From positions 608,001 through 672,000 of the forward strand of contig OZ244048.1 in the NCBI GenBank assembly GCA_965215265.1: a stretch of 64,000 nucleotides of DNA, given 5' to 3'. A program made the position numbers and the translations under genes. Origin of the DNA: Candidatus Poribacteria bacterium (GTDB taxonomy: Bacteria; Poribacteria; WGA-4E; WGA-3G). Positions 29,941-40,314 of this stretch are shown here, in pieces (the first letter of the stretch is position 1; each line of letters opens with the position of its first letter). The notes under the pieces were generated by a model. It saw nothing but the letters and a program-made list of their open reading frames with translations. It was not told where the DNA came from and made no database searches.

Positions 29941-30087
29941 ATGCTCGCTTTTAAAAAATTGCTGGATTTAGTTCTACCAACATTCCCCGCTTGGCGTGTT
30001 TGGGAGGAAGCCTTCACCGCATTTGACAAACTTTCGTCTACAGGAGCCCGTAACAAGGCGGCTGCAATGTTAAAACCTCGGATTTAA
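29941..30087 (+). CDS. Small hypothetical protein (48 aa)
   Basis: AAGGAG RBS upstream of ATG, in an otherwise empty intergenic region. Confidence 0.4.
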   Translation: MLAFKKLLDLVLPTFPAWRVWEEAFTAFDKLSSTGARNKAAAMLKPRI

Positions 30088-30158
30088 CAATACATAACCC
30101 TTGATGGTACCAAGATATACAAAAAGCTGAAAATATCTCGTAAACCAGAGAACTTTCC

Positions 30159-30187
30159 TTGACAATCCAACCCACACAAGGTATAAT
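30159..30187 (+). promoter_or_regulatory. Consensus sigma70 promoter of trpA
   Basis: TTGACA-N17-TATAAT. Confidence 0.75.
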
Positions 30188-30225
30188 TTAAGAAAACTAA
30201 CAGAAAGTCTAAATCCATTCACCCT

Positions 30226-31026
30226 ATGAACCGAATAGACCAAAAATTTCAACAACTCCGAGCCAAAGGCACCACTGCCTTCATGCCCTACCTCTGTGCC
30301 GGGGACCCGACACCCGCTTTAACCAGCGAACTTCTCCTCACACTGGAAGACGCAGGCGCAGAACTCATTGAACTCGGCATCCCGTTCTCCGATCCCATCG
30401 CAGACGGGCCAACCGTCCAACGTGCCAGCGAACGTGCACTCGCACACAACATCTCACTCCAACAAATCTTGGAACTCGTCGCAACGCTACGTCAACGCAC
30501 AGAAATCCCCATTGCCCTCATGAGCTACTACAACCCCATCTTCCGGATGGGGGAATCGGCTTTCTGCCAGAACGCACAAGCTGCCGGCGTTGACGGCATC
30601 ATCGTCCCAGATCTGCCGCCAGAACAAGCAGAACCGCTACTAAAAGCAGCCCCGCAATACAACCTCGCCACCATTTTCCTCGTGGCACCCACCAGCCCCC
30701 CCCAACGGATGAAACTCATCGCATCCGTCAGCACAGGGTTCGTCTACTGCGTCTCATTAACAGGCGTAACAGGCGCACGCGCCACGTTGTCAACCGAAAT
30801 CGAACCGATGATGCGCGAACTCCGCAACCAGACAGACAAACCCATCGGTGTCGGCTTCGGTGTCTCCACCCCAGAACAAGCCAGACTGGTAGCACATCTT
30901 GCCGACGGCGTGATTGTCGGTAGTGCAATCATCAACGTCATCGAGGAAAATATGCACAAAAAAGCCAAATTGCTTTCAGCCGTGAAAACCTTTGCGGCGG
31001 ATTTAGCCCTCGGCGTTAAACAGTAA
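30226..31026 (+). CDS. trpA: Tryptophan synthase alpha chain
   Basis: IELGIPFSDPIADGPTVQ, LMSYYNP, VPDLP, GVTG, GFGV, DGVIVGSA. Confidence 0.98.
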   Translation: MNRIDQKFQQLRAKGTTAFMPYLCAGDPTPALTSELLLTLEDAGAELIELGIPFSDPIADGPTVQRASERALAHNISLQQILELVATLRQRTEIPIALMSYYNPIFRMGESAFCQNAQAAGVDGIIVPDLPPEQAEPLLKAAPQYNLATIFLVAPTSPPQRMKLIASVSTGFVYCVSLTGVTGARATLSTEIEPMMRELRNQTDKPIGVGFGVSTPEQARLVAHLADGVIVGSAIINVIEENMHKKAKLLSAVKTFAADLALGVKQ

Positions 31027-31128
31027 ACTCGCCGTCATTTTGTCTTATGCCTGACTTAAACGTAAACGGCGCGGAGGAAAACCGCGCCGCCCCTTTCTCA
31101 CATACCACTTATGCTATTAATCCCTGAT

Positions 31129-32028
31129 TTACACACCACGCCGAATCCCAAATTCCGACTCAAATGCCTCCCAGATATCTGACGCAATATCAACCGTGGC
31201 GGCTTCATACCCGTCTTCCACTTGTGCCGTATCCGCCGGACCGAACATCACAACACCGTCAATCGGGGCAGCAAGGCAAAACTGCATCGCCAAATGCCGA
31301 ATGTTAACACCGTACTCCTGACACCAACGCCACATCGCATGTGCCCTCGGCTCCGCATCCGGGTTACGCCGACGCTCCGTTTCAACGTCCGGTTCCGAAC
31401 CTGTCAAACTCCCCATACCCAGCGGGCTTGCTAAGATAATGCCCACATCGTGTTCACGCGCCAACGGCAAGGTTGTACGCGCAACAGTTTGGGAAAGCAA
31501 GGTATAGTCCAAAAAGGTCAGAATGATATCAATCTCTCCGGTTTCAATCAACGCTTTGTGGAATTCGTGTGAACGCACCCCGGCACCGATATGCCGAACG
31601 TAGCCTTCCGCCTTCATTTCCTGAAGCGTCTCCAACGCCTGCCCAGGCGCTAAGACACTCTCCATATCAACCGGATCGTGGATAAGCACCGCATCTAAAT
31701 AATCCGTGCGCAGCTGCTTGAGGCTATTCATCACGCTCCACCGCGTACCAGCCGCAGAGAAATCCTTACGCCGCTCCGGGTGCGTCCCGACCTTCGCTTG
31801 CAGATAAATCTGTTCACGCAATCCCTCTGAAAGTGCTTCGCCCCACAGATGTTCAGCGTGCCCCGGGTACGTATCAATATAGTTAATACCCAATTCAACA
31901 GCACGTCGGATAGCACGAATCACCTCAGCATCCGGTTTCTGCCATAACCAGGCCGCACCCAGCGCAAGTGCATGCGGACGCATCTCTGTCCGTCCCATCC
32001 GCCGGAGCTCCCTATTTTTTTCTTTCAT
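31129..32028 (-). CDS. Aldo/keto reductase
   Basis: GINYIDT, SLKQLRTDYLDAVLIH, GYVRHIG. Confidence 0.9.
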   Translation of the reverse strand: MKEKNRELRRMGRTEMRPHALALGAAWLWQKPDAEVIRAIRRAVELGINYIDTYPGHAEHLWGEALSEGLREQIYLQAKVGTHPERRKDFSAAGTRWSVMNSLKQLRTDYLDAVLIHDPVDMESVLAPGQALETLQEMKAEGYVRHIGAGVRSHEFHKALIETGEIDIILTFLDYTLLSQTVARTTLPLAREHDVGIILASPLGMGSLTGSEPDVETERRRNPDAEPRAHAMWRWCQEYGVNIRHLAMQFCLAAPIDGVVMFGPADTAQVEDGYEAATVDIASDIWEAFESEFGIRRGV

Positions 32029-32040
32029 TGGCTTGCTCCA

Positions 32041-32113
32041 CCCAGTGGGTGGCAGGTAAAAGGTTATCTTGTCTCTCCTTGCAGGAGAGACAAAGAATAC
32101 CTATCCTGCCACT
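32041..32113 (+). repeat. Palindromic intergenic repeat, copy 2
   Basis: Same arms as copy 1 with a longer central hairpin GTCTCTCCTTGCAGGAGAGAC. Confidence 0.85.
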
Positions 32114-32179
32114 TTTCCTATAAGCACACCTTACGCAGCTGATTCAGAGAATAAACGCAGCACGATTATGTCCTTGCTC

Positions 32180-32779
32180 CTACCCCGAGATAAGCGCTTT
32201 CCGCAACTTGTGTGTAGATTCAGCAAGCGATTCTTGTAAATACGGATACGGAAAACCACCCCAACGGTTGGGCGGCGGTTCTGCTGCACGCGCAATTTTC
32301 AGATGCACGAAAATCGGACCGGACTCAGACAGCAGACGCGGCAGCGCCGCATCAAGTGTACCGGCAGCGTCAAATGTATAAACCCGCTCGAAACCTACAC
32401 CCTTCGCAATCGCTGGCCAACTAAAACCACTGTTATCCGGCACAGGTTGATTGCCCGTAACCTCATAACTACCGTTATCACACACAAACAACACGTAGTT
32501 TGACGGCGGGGTGCGCAACCCAGTAATCGTTGCAAGCGTCCCTAAACACATCAACATGCTACCGTCACCGTTCAGCACCAGCACCTTTTTCTCCGGTCTC
32601 GCAAGCGCGATGCCGAGTGCAAAATCCGCAGCATGCCCCATCGCACTACCAACGGAGGCATAATCCAGCGGATGGTTCGAGAGCTTCGCCCACGGTACAG
32701 TACACCCCATCGTCGTGACAACGACCTCATCGCGCCGATGCCTCGCAATACGTTCAAGGCACTCCTCTTTATTAATCAT
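32180..32779 (-). CDS. TPP-binding enzyme, sulfopyruvate/phosphonopyruvate decarboxylase beta-like
   Basis: GSAMGHA, GDGSMLM..DNGSYEVTGNQ TPP-binding motif. Confidence 0.8.
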   Translation of the reverse strand: MINKEECLERIARHRRDEVVVTTMGCTVPWAKLSNHPLDYASVGSAMGHAADFALGIALARPEKKVLVLNGDGSMLMCLGTLATITGLRTPPSNYVLFVCDNGSYEVTGNQPVPDNSGFSWPAIAKGVGFERVYTFDAAGTLDAALPRLLSESGPIFVHLKIARAAEPPPNRWGGFPYPYLQESLAESTHKLRKALISG

Positions 32780-32793
32780 AGTATTCTGCACTC

Positions 32794-34197
32794 CTACTCT
32801 TCGCCTTCCGGCCGCAAAAAGTTAATCGTCGGAGGCGTCTTCATCGCCGTCGCCTGAGTCTGGACATACTGCGCGAATTCAATTTCTGTCTCAATGCCAT
32901 CAATCCCGCCACCCCAAATCGCACAAGCACGATGATAGAAACGGCCCCCTGCATCCGCGAACAGCGTGACGTAATGGGACATCTCTGTCTCTATTGCTGC
33001 TTCCACTTGTTCCGGCGGAAACATGAGCGATACACCGAGTGAGGCTAACGCGGCGCTACTCTCCCGCCAACTCCAGATCCAACCTTGAGCTATTTCACGG
33101 TTCGAGCTGCTCTCTAAATTCGGAATCCCTGTGACAACCGCTGTCTGTGCAGGCAAGCTGCCTTTCACATAAAGGTGATGTTCAATCCACGGCGACTCCC
33201 CGTATATAAAAAATGTTGACGTTAACTGAAACCTTTCACCGTAGAGCGTCCACTCCGGAAAAATCCGTTGCACAATAGAACGGATCGCCCCATTCGCCAG
33301 AATCCGCACGTAGTCCCCTTCTTCCGGAAGCGGAATCGCCTCCGATTTTTCCTTATCCCACAACGCAACCCCACCGCACCCTATCCGACCGGCCATAGAT
33401 GTTAATGCCACCATTGTTGTCGGTTCCGAGCTAAGCAGCACGCCCAGGGATAAACCGATGGATTTAGAAATATTAAGCTGCCCCTCCGCTTTGCGCACAA
33501 AGTAACTCTCCTGATTCTGAAAATCTGTGATAACCCATTGCTGGAGCGGCCTCTCAGTCTCAAGCGAAACCTGCTCAGAGAGTATGATGTTGTGACTCTC
33601 AAAATGTTGACGGAACCCAGGCGAGAGCGGCATTTCGGCATCCAATTCACTCTCGAACAGCGAATCAACACTGAACAACTCCGCACGTTTTTTCCCATAG
33701 GCAGTAATGCCGCCGTCATGCCTGAGCAGATACGCTATCAGATTTGATTCCATTGCCGCCACAGCATTCAGCTCAGGAAAAATACCCGCCCGTGTCTGCT
33801 TCTTGATATCCAGCGTTAATTCTGCTTTCACCGTTGGATCATAGAGAATAGAGACCTCTTTCGTCTCATCCTCTGCTAAATCCACCAAAAAAGTCAGCTG
33901 ATCGCGCTGCCCATCATAATCTATATCATCCGCTTGTGCCGGCAGCAGTACCTCACGCGGCGCTTTTCCTATAACAACCGAATAGGCGTTAAAAGAAAAA
34001 TCCGGGTTAACCTTCCGAAGCTGCTCACCGGTCAAAACAATCGGTACCTGCTTGCGTTCAATCGGCAGCGTATTCTGGATACTAAGCCGAATCTTGCTAA
34101 TCTTCTGGTTGCCACCCGGCACCGTACAACCACCAAGCATTAACAAAAAACTGAAACTCGCGCAGAATAAGGCAACGTTCTGTTGTCTCTTTATCAC
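32794..34197 (-). CDS. Lipoprotein, DUF4861-like
   Basis: Lipobox LGGC; AQADDIDYDGQRDQLTF and IGCGGVALW motifs. Confidence 0.6.
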   Translation of the reverse strand: MIKRQQNVALFCASFSFLLMLGGCTVPGGNQKISKIRLSIQNTLPIERKQVPIVLTGEQLRKVNPDFSFNAYSVVIGKAPREVLLPAQADDIDYDGQRDQLTFLVDLAEDETKEVSILYDPTVKAELTLDIKKQTRAGIFPELNAVAAMESNLIAYLLRHDGGITAYGKKRAELFSVDSLFESELDAEMPLSPGFRQHFESHNIILSEQVSLETERPLQQWVITDFQNQESYFVRKAEGQLNISKSIGLSLGVLLSSEPTTMVALTSMAGRIGCGGVALWDKEKSEAIPLPEEGDYVRILANGAIRSIVQRIFPEWTLYGERFQLTSTFFIYGESPWIEHHLYVKGSLPAQTAVVTGIPNLESSSNREIAQGWIWSWRESSAALASLGVSLMFPPEQVEAAIETEMSHYVTLFADAGGRFYHRACAIWGGGIDGIETEIEFAQYVQTQATAMKTPPTINFLRPEGEE

Positions 34198-34225
34198 TAA
34201 TTTTTCCTTTCCTCGAAGAAATCGT

Positions 34226-34287
34226 CCCAGTAGGTGGCAGGTAAAAGGTTATCTTGCCATGAGACAAAGAATACCTATCCTGCCACT
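34226..34287 (+). repeat. Palindromic intergenic repeat, copy 3
   Basis: CCCAGTAGGTGGCAGGTAAAAGGTTATCTTG..GAGACAAAGAATACCTATCCTGCCACT. Confidence 0.85.
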
Positions 34288-34290
34288 CAT

Positions 34291-35427
34291 TTAAATTTCA
34301 GGCAGAACTTCAAGCAGATGCGCCATTTCTAACGCTGTGTTGTAAAAATGCGGCGACACGCGTACGCCACTTCCACGTGCCGCCGCAATGATTCTTTCCG
34401 CCTTAAGTAGCGCAATAATCTCATCCGGAGCATGCCGCGTGCTTTCAAAAAGAACAATGCCCGCTCTCTCGTCCTTCGTCTCCGGCGTAACCACCCGATA
34501 GCCTTTGGCGTGCAACCCCTGCATCAATTGGGCAGTGAGCGCAGAAACGCGCTCCTCAATCGTTCGGATACCCACATCTAGCAGCAACGCAAGTGCTGCC
34601 TGAAGAGCATATAATCCTACACTGTTGTACGAACCTTCCTCAAAACGCGTCGCGTCCGGTTTCTGCGTGAAGTCATAATTCAGAAAATCTCGTGGGTCCA
34701 CCACGCTTGCCCAACCTACATTCGTGTTGATAAGCTGTTCCTGTTTTTCCTGCGCACAATAGAAAATCGCCGCGCCCTCCGGTCCAAGCAGCCACTTATG
34801 CCCATCGGCCGCCAGAATATCAATCTGAGCCGCTTTTACATCTAACCCAATCACACCCAGGCTCTGGATGGCATCTACTACAAACCAGATATTTCGCTCC
34901 CGGCACAGCGCACCGAGTGCCTCAAGACTATTCCGAAACCCAGAAGCAAACTCAACATGGCTGATTGTAATTGCACGAGTCCGATCGGTTATCGCGGCCT
35001 CAATCTCCGTAATCTCAATCCGTCCATCCCGCTCTGGCACCATGCGTGTCTCAACACCATATCGCTCACGCAGACTCCACCACGGGTAGACATTCGCAGG
35101 GAATTCCACCGCCGTCGTAACGACATTATCACCCACACGCCAATCTATACCGTTCGCAGCGAGCAAGATGCCCTGTGAGGTGTTTTTCATGAACGCGATT
35201 TCACACGGAGCAGCGTTGATGAGCTTAGCAGCCTGCACCCGACACTCTTCAGCCTTCTCAGCCCAGACATCGGAGTTGACGGCACCGTTCACCGTCGCAT
35301 CTTCCACAAACCCTACCATTGCATCCCGCACACGCCGCGATAAAGGCGCAACACCAGCGTGGTTCAGGTAGATATACCTTTCTGTTACCGGAAATTCGGA
35401 ACGCCACCGCTGTTCCAAGCTCTTCAA
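34291..35427 (-). CDS. Class V PLP aminotransferase / cysteine desulfurase-like
   Basis: YLNHAGVAP, VVDAIQSLG, DGHKWLLGPEG, RVSPHFYN. Confidence 0.9.
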   Translation of the reverse strand: MKSLEQRWRSEFPVTERYIYLNHAGVAPLSRRVRDAMVGFVEDATVNGAVNSDVWAEKAEECRVQAAKLINAAPCEIAFMKNTSQGILLAANGIDWRVGDNVVTTAVEFPANVYPWWSLRERYGVETRMVPERDGRIEITEIEAAITDRTRAITISHVEFASGFRNSLEALGALCRERNIWFVVDAIQSLGVIGLDVKAAQIDILAADGHKWLLGPEGAAIFYCAQEKQEQLINTNVGWASVVDPRDFLNYDFTQKPDATRFEEGSYNSVGLYALQAALALLLDVGIRTIEERVSALTAQLMQGLHAKGYRVVTPETKDERAGIVLFESTRHAPDEIIALLKAERIIAAARGSGVRVSPHFYNTALEMAHLLEVLPEI

Positions 35428-35433
35428 AACCGA

Positions 35434-36684
35434 TTACCTCAAGAATGTTTTTACTCTATAATCCTTAACCCGATGTGCATTCGCAAACGCGATGAACTCC
35501 CCAAACATACCAATCCCACACACCAGCAAACTACTATTTATCAAAATTATAATGAGATTCATTCCTATACTTAGCCACCACTGATGGCTCAGGTGTAACA
35601 GACCCAAGCTAGGGAAATTCCCTATCACAAGCAGCATCAACGCAACAGGGCCAAAATACCGGAGCGGCCGCCGGGCACATCGAAAAAGAAAGAATTGAGC
35701 GAGCCGACCCAATTCCATTGTATCTTCACGCGCACGTTCAAGCACACGCGATGTTACCCAACCCAGTCCTAACCAGCATAAGCCTAATCCGAAACAGCTA
35801 ATTACTCCCGGCATCAGCAAGCTACTGCTAAACAAAAGCACACTACCTAATACAAATTGCAATACACTGCTGATGACAGAATAGAACAACACGAAAGCTT
35901 TGGCTTCCTTAGCTCGTAAGCAACCTATCGGCTGTTTACCTTTTACTCCCTGAACGCCGACATCATCGCCCCGTTTCGTCGCGAAGGCATAGAGTATAGC
36001 TTTGAAAGCGAAAATATCTATCAGCACGCGCCACACTCTCCCGAGTCCATACTTACTTGTCCCGAAACGACGCCGGTGATGCGTAACAACGAGCTCTGTG
36101 ATGCGTGCCCCAACCACTGTACACATTGCAGGAATAAACCGGTGCATTTCCCCATAGAGCGGCACCGCCTTAATCGTCTCTGCGCGATACGCCTTGAGTG
36201 AGCACCCGTTATCGTGAATTGGAACACCTGTCACCTTTCCTATAATCCAGTTGGCAACAACCGACGGCACACGACGGCTCCAAAACTTATCCTGCCGCGC
36301 CTTCCGCCATCCACACACAACATCGTATCCCTCATCCATTTTCTCAAGCAAGTTGGGTATATCCACCGGATCGTTTTGCAAATCGCCATCCATACTAATA
36401 ATCCGCTGTCCCTTTGCAAATTCAAAACCTGCTGCCATTGCAGCTGTCTGACCGGCGTTCTTTTCAAATCGAATTACCTTGACCTTTTCACCCGCTATTT
36501 TATGAAGTGCGGAAAGTTCCGCAAAAGTCCCATCTTGACTACCGTCGTCTACAAACAGCACCTCGTAGGCAAAGTTGAGCGCATCGCAGACGGACCGAAT
36601 CTTTTCAAACAAGAGACGAACGTTCTCTGCCTCGTTGTAAACCGGCACCACAATGGAAAGGAGAGGGGTTTCGGCACCATTCAT
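35434..36684 (-). CDS. GT2 glycosyltransferase (ArnC/DPM1-like) with C-terminal TM segments
   Basis: VVPVYNE, VDDGSQD, MDGDLQNDP, GEMHRFIP. Confidence 0.9.
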   Translation of the reverse strand: MNGAETPLLSIVVPVYNEAENVRLLFEKIRSVCDALNFAYEVLFVDDGSQDGTFAELSALHKIAGEKVKVIRFEKNAGQTAAMAAGFEFAKGQRIISMDGDLQNDPVDIPNLLEKMDEGYDVVCGWRKARQDKFWSRRVPSVVANWIIGKVTGVPIHDNGCSLKAYRAETIKAVPLYGEMHRFIPAMCTVVGARITELVVTHHRRRFGTSKYGLGRVWRVLIDIFAFKAILYAFATKRGDDVGVQGVKGKQPIGCLRAKEAKAFVLFYSVISSVLQFVLGSVLLFSSSLLMPGVISCFGLGLCWLGLGWVTSRVLERAREDTMELGRLAQFFLFRCARRPLRYFGPVALMLLVIGNFPSLGLLHLSHQWWLSIGMNLIIILINSSLLVCGIGMFGEFIAFANAHRVKDYRVKTFLR

Positions 36685-36749
36685 AACGACTTCTGCCACT
36701 GTTCCTTCAATCTGATGGATAAAAAAGATCGCATCCTGATACGTTGAAT

Positions 36750-37487
36750 TTACGCTCGTGCTAATAGCATCCGGTGTGCCTCGGTGAGTGACTCGAACGT
36801 CCCCGCATCTATCCACTGACCCTGCACGAAACTGTATTCCAATTGGCTCCGTTGAAGATATACATTGTTCACAGCTGTAATTTCATACTCCCCACGTGCA
36901 GAGGGCTCTATCATGCGGATAATGTCAAACACAGCAGCATCGTAGAAATACACCCCCACCACCGCATAACGGCTTTTCGGGTGCTTCGGCTTCTCATCAA
37001 TCGCAACAATTTGACGATTCCCGTTCAAGGTAGCTACCCCGTAACGCTCCGGATCTGCAACCGATTTCAGCATCACACGGGCACCCTCCGGTTGTACAGC
37101 AAAATCGCAAACCGCCTGCTGAATTGACGTTTCAAAAATATTATCACCAAGGTAGACGACGAGACGTTGAACACGGGCAAACCCCTCGGCAAGCGCGAGG
37201 GCGTGCGCGATGCCTTTCGCTTCCTCCTGCACCCTGTACGTCAAATCGCACCCGAACGCAGCACCACTCCCCAGAACCTTTACAAAATCACCAACGTACT
37301 CCGGATTCGTCACGATGAGGATATCGGTAATCCCTGCCGAAGTTAGCTGCCTGAGACAATGGTAAACCATTGGTTCATTACCCACCGGCAGCAAGTGTTT
37401 ACTCGTCACTTGCGTCAGCGGTGCCAAACGCGTACCTAATCCACCTGCAAGGATTACACCTTTTAACCCTTCTCTCACTACAGGCAT
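36750..37487 (-). CDS. Sugar-phosphate nucleotidyltransferase (glucose-1-phosphate thymidylyltransferase-like)
   Basis: ILAGGLGTRLAPLT..SKHLLP, LGDNIF, EKP, SARGEYEIT, WIDAGT. Confidence 0.9.
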   Translation of the reverse strand: MPVVREGLKGVILAGGLGTRLAPLTQVTSKHLLPVGNEPMVYHCLRQLTSAGITDILIVTNPEYVGDFVKVLGSGAAFGCDLTYRVQEEAKGIAHALALAEGFARVQRLVVYLGDNIFETSIQQAVCDFAVQPEGARVMLKSVADPERYGVATLNGNRQIVAIDEKPKHPKSRYAVVGVYFYDAAVFDIIRMIEPSARGEYEITAVNNVYLQRSQLEYSFVQGQWIDAGTFESLTEAHRMLLARA

Positions 37488-37489
37488 CG

Positions 37490-38392
37490 TTAACTCGATT
37501 CTCCACGTCCAGGGAACGTCAATTCGGCGATCCCGGACTTGTCAAGTTCACCCAGCCCCAATTCAATCATCTTGTCATACTGGGCCTTTGTAGCATGCGC
37601 CAGCGGAAGCGACAGCCCCGCAGCGTCCGCTAAAGCCAACGCAATCCCCGAATCCTTCGACGCATGCGCCGCTGAAAAATAACACTCGTGGTCCCGAAAC
37701 TGCATATCTTCACCATCTGTCTCTAAAACCCGAGAATTCGCACCGGTTTGCGCGAATACCGCCTGTAACATCTCCAAATCTAAACCGAGGGCTGCACCCA
37801 GACCCAAGCCCTCTGCAAGACCGGCTGTGTTGATATTCATCACCATATTGACGAGTGCCTTCACCTGGGCCGCCTGGCCCGCTGAACCGACATAACGGAG
37901 CGAAACACTCATTGAATCCAAAATCGGACGTGCCTGATCAAATGTCTCCTTCTTCCCACCGCACATCAGATAGAGTGTACCCTCACGCGCTTGTGTAATA
38001 CTGCTCGCCATGCACCCTTCAAGACTCCCAGCACCATGTTGCTCCGCGAGGTGTTCTACCTCCACGTGGACTTGTGGGCTAATCGTCGCACAATTAATAA
38101 AGAGTTTGCCTGCAGCACCCTTAAGCAGACTGTCGTCCGTATTTTCTGCGAACACGCATCGCATCGCAGCATCGTCTGTCACAACGGTAATGATGTAATC
38201 GGCATGTGCAGTGACTTCCGTCAGTTTGCTCGCCGCTACGGCATCAAGCTCCGATGCTAATTCCACCGCCCGCTCGCCGACGACATCGTAGACAACAGAA
38301 ACGGTGAATCCATCATCTTTTAAGTGCCGGGCTATGTTCGCGCCCATTCTCCCAACACCCACAACGCCTATTTTGTACGCACTGTTTGCCAT
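37490..38392 (-). CDS. NAD(P)-dependent beta-hydroxyacid dehydrogenase
   Basis: GVVGVGRMG, GTLYLMCGG, VKALVN. Confidence 0.88.
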   Translation of the reverse strand: MANSAYKIGVVGVGRMGANIARHLKDDGFTVSVVYDVVGERAVELASELDAVAASKLTEVTAHADYIITVVTDDAAMRCVFAENTDDSLLKGAAGKLFINCATISPQVHVEVEHLAEQHGAGSLEGCMASSITQAREGTLYLMCGGKKETFDQARPILDSMSVSLRYVGSAGQAAQVKALVNMVMNINTAGLAEGLGLGAALGLDLEMLQAVFAQTGANSRVLETDGEDMQFRDHECYFSAAHASKDSGIALALADAAGLSLPLAHATKAQYDKMIELGLGELDKSGIAELTFPGRGESS

Positions 38393-38656
38393 GTCTACCT
38401 CCTTTTTTGCTAAAACCTATACTCACAATCTATAAAAATAGTGTCAATATTTCTATTGTCACACATTTTTGCAAAATTGTCAAGCACTTTTCAACGCACC
38501 CGTGAACAAGCTCTTGAGTCCAGCATTTGTGTCAACGAGGCGGCCGTGGAACCTAATTCCCGGACTCTATACCCTAAAATCTCGCTCGAAACGAACTTTA
38601 GAATGGTAAGTAGAGTTTCGTTTTCCTACAAATACGGAAAATTAGAGAAAAAAAGA

Positions 38657-38684
38657 TTGACAATTTTTGTCAATTCCGTATAAT
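38657..38684 (+). promoter_or_regulatory. sigma70 promoter with overlapping palindrome
   Basis: TTGACA-N16-TATAAT; ATTGACAA-ttt-TTGTCAAT inverted repeat over the -35 box. Confidence 0.6.
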
Positions 38685-38772
38685 TAAAACTCATAAATAG
38701 AACGTTAAATAACCCTATCTGCCGGTTTAAACAAGAAACCGGTAAATTTCCAGAGTCCTAAGGAGGATAACA

Positions 38773-40158
38773 ATGAACCGTTTCACAGTTGCGCAATACG
38801 CACATATACCTCTTTTCCTGGTAGTCGCTATGCTCACCGTAACCATACTCGGCTGCACACAAGGCGGAATTAGCATCATTCCCCTCGGGGCAAAACTTCA
38901 GAATGCCGACAACGCCTTTGACGAAGCCGAAGCTATGGACGTGCGGGACGAAGAGCCGGAAAAGATGGAAAAAAAGCAAGCGAATCGACAGAAACTCTAC
39001 GATAGAGCTATGGCACTCTACTTAGAAGTCATTGAACGCGACGCGAAAGGCAAATACGCCCAACGTGCACATTACCAAATCGCCGCCATCTATAAACGGC
39101 AATACGAATGGGATAAAGCCACCGAGCACTATCAAGCAATTGTCGAAATCGCACCCACCGGCTATTACGCCAGCGAAGCGAAAAAAGGAACCGCGAATAT
39201 TCGGAAGAATCGCGAAATCATCAAAACCAAACGGGCCGAATACCAGAATTATAAAGCCTTGTACGACCAGAACCCGACAGATGAAACTTTCAATATCGCC
39301 GCTGAGGCACTCCACGAAGTCGCACGTGCTTATGAAGGATTGGAAAACTCCACTGAAGCTATACGACACTACGAAAAACTCGTCGAAGAGTTTCCAACAC
39401 ACTCCAAAGCACCACAGGCACAATTCCAGATCGGCAACATCTATTTCTACTCCGTTTACGATTATACCGGCGGATGGCCCGCTTTTATTGCTGTCACCGA
39501 GAAATTCCCCGATTCTTACGAAGCATCACAGGCAGGAACACTCCTCAAGAAGACTGCCGATATATTAACCGAGATTAAGCAATACATGGATGAAATCGAT
39601 GCCAATCGGAATAAGAAAGCCGTTGAATACCAAAAAACTGGCAGAAAACTGACGGGCGCTGACCTCTGGGTGATGGGACAGGAAGATCTTGTCGTTCAGA
39701 ACTTCCAAGGCGTTGCCGCCAATTGGGAAAAACTCCGCAATTATCCACGCGCTGTTCAAGCCTATAGGATTTTGGCACGCGACTTGTCACATAAGAAATT
39801 CGCTGCAGCCGATGCACGATACCGAGCCGCAACGCTCTACCAGCAAAACGGGCAATACGAACGCGCAATTCAGGCCTATGAAGACCTCTTTGAAAACTCG
39901 CCCGAGTCTGTCTGGCGCAATGAAGCCGTTTATCAGCAGGCCGTCTGCTATCGCGCCATACGAGAATTCGGAGCCGCTTATGAAGGGTTCAAAGCCTATA
40001 TGAGCAGCACCAAGGGAGATCAACCCTACATTCGCGAAGCCGAACAGATTGTCCGACAGTACGAACTTGATCAAGACCAAGATGGCTACCAGTTCTACCA
40101 AGAACAGCAAGAAGGAACTTCCGACCAGGATGCAAACTCATATCCTGGCGGCAACTAA
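38773..40158 (+). CDS. TPR-repeat lipoprotein (BamD/CpoB-like repeats)
   Basis: Lipobox ILGC; repeats of type A..YEKLVEEFP.S..AP.AQFQIG. Confidence 0.8.
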   Translation: MNRFTVAQYAHIPLFLVVAMLTVTILGCTQGGISIIPLGAKLQNADNAFDEAEAMDVRDEEPEKMEKKQANRQKLYDRAMALYLEVIERDAKGKYAQRAHYQIAAIYKRQYEWDKATEHYQAIVEIAPTGYYASEAKKGTANIRKNREIIKTKRAEYQNYKALYDQNPTDETFNIAAEALHEVARAYEGLENSTEAIRHYEKLVEEFPTHSKAPQAQFQIGNIYFYSVYDYTGGWPAFIAVTEKFPDSYEASQAGTLLKKTADILTEIKQYMDEIDANRNKKAVEYQKTGRKLTGADLWVMGQEDLVVQNFQGVAANWEKLRNYPRAVQAYRILARDLSHKKFAAADARYRAATLYQQNGQYERAIQAYEDLFENSPESVWRNEAVYQQAVCYRAIREFGAAYEGFKAYMSSTKGDQPYIREAEQIVRQYELDQDQDGYQFYQEQQEGTSDQDANSYPGGN

Positions 40159-40314
40159 GCTCAAATTAATAATCATAAGACGGGAGCAACAGCTCCCGTC
40201 TTATCGTATATTCCGATATGAACCGAAATCGCAGGGCTTACAACCGGCTGATACATTCGTCTATTTCACCAAGAATGTTCATGAACCCTTTTGTGCGAAA
40301 GGAGCGAGATAATC

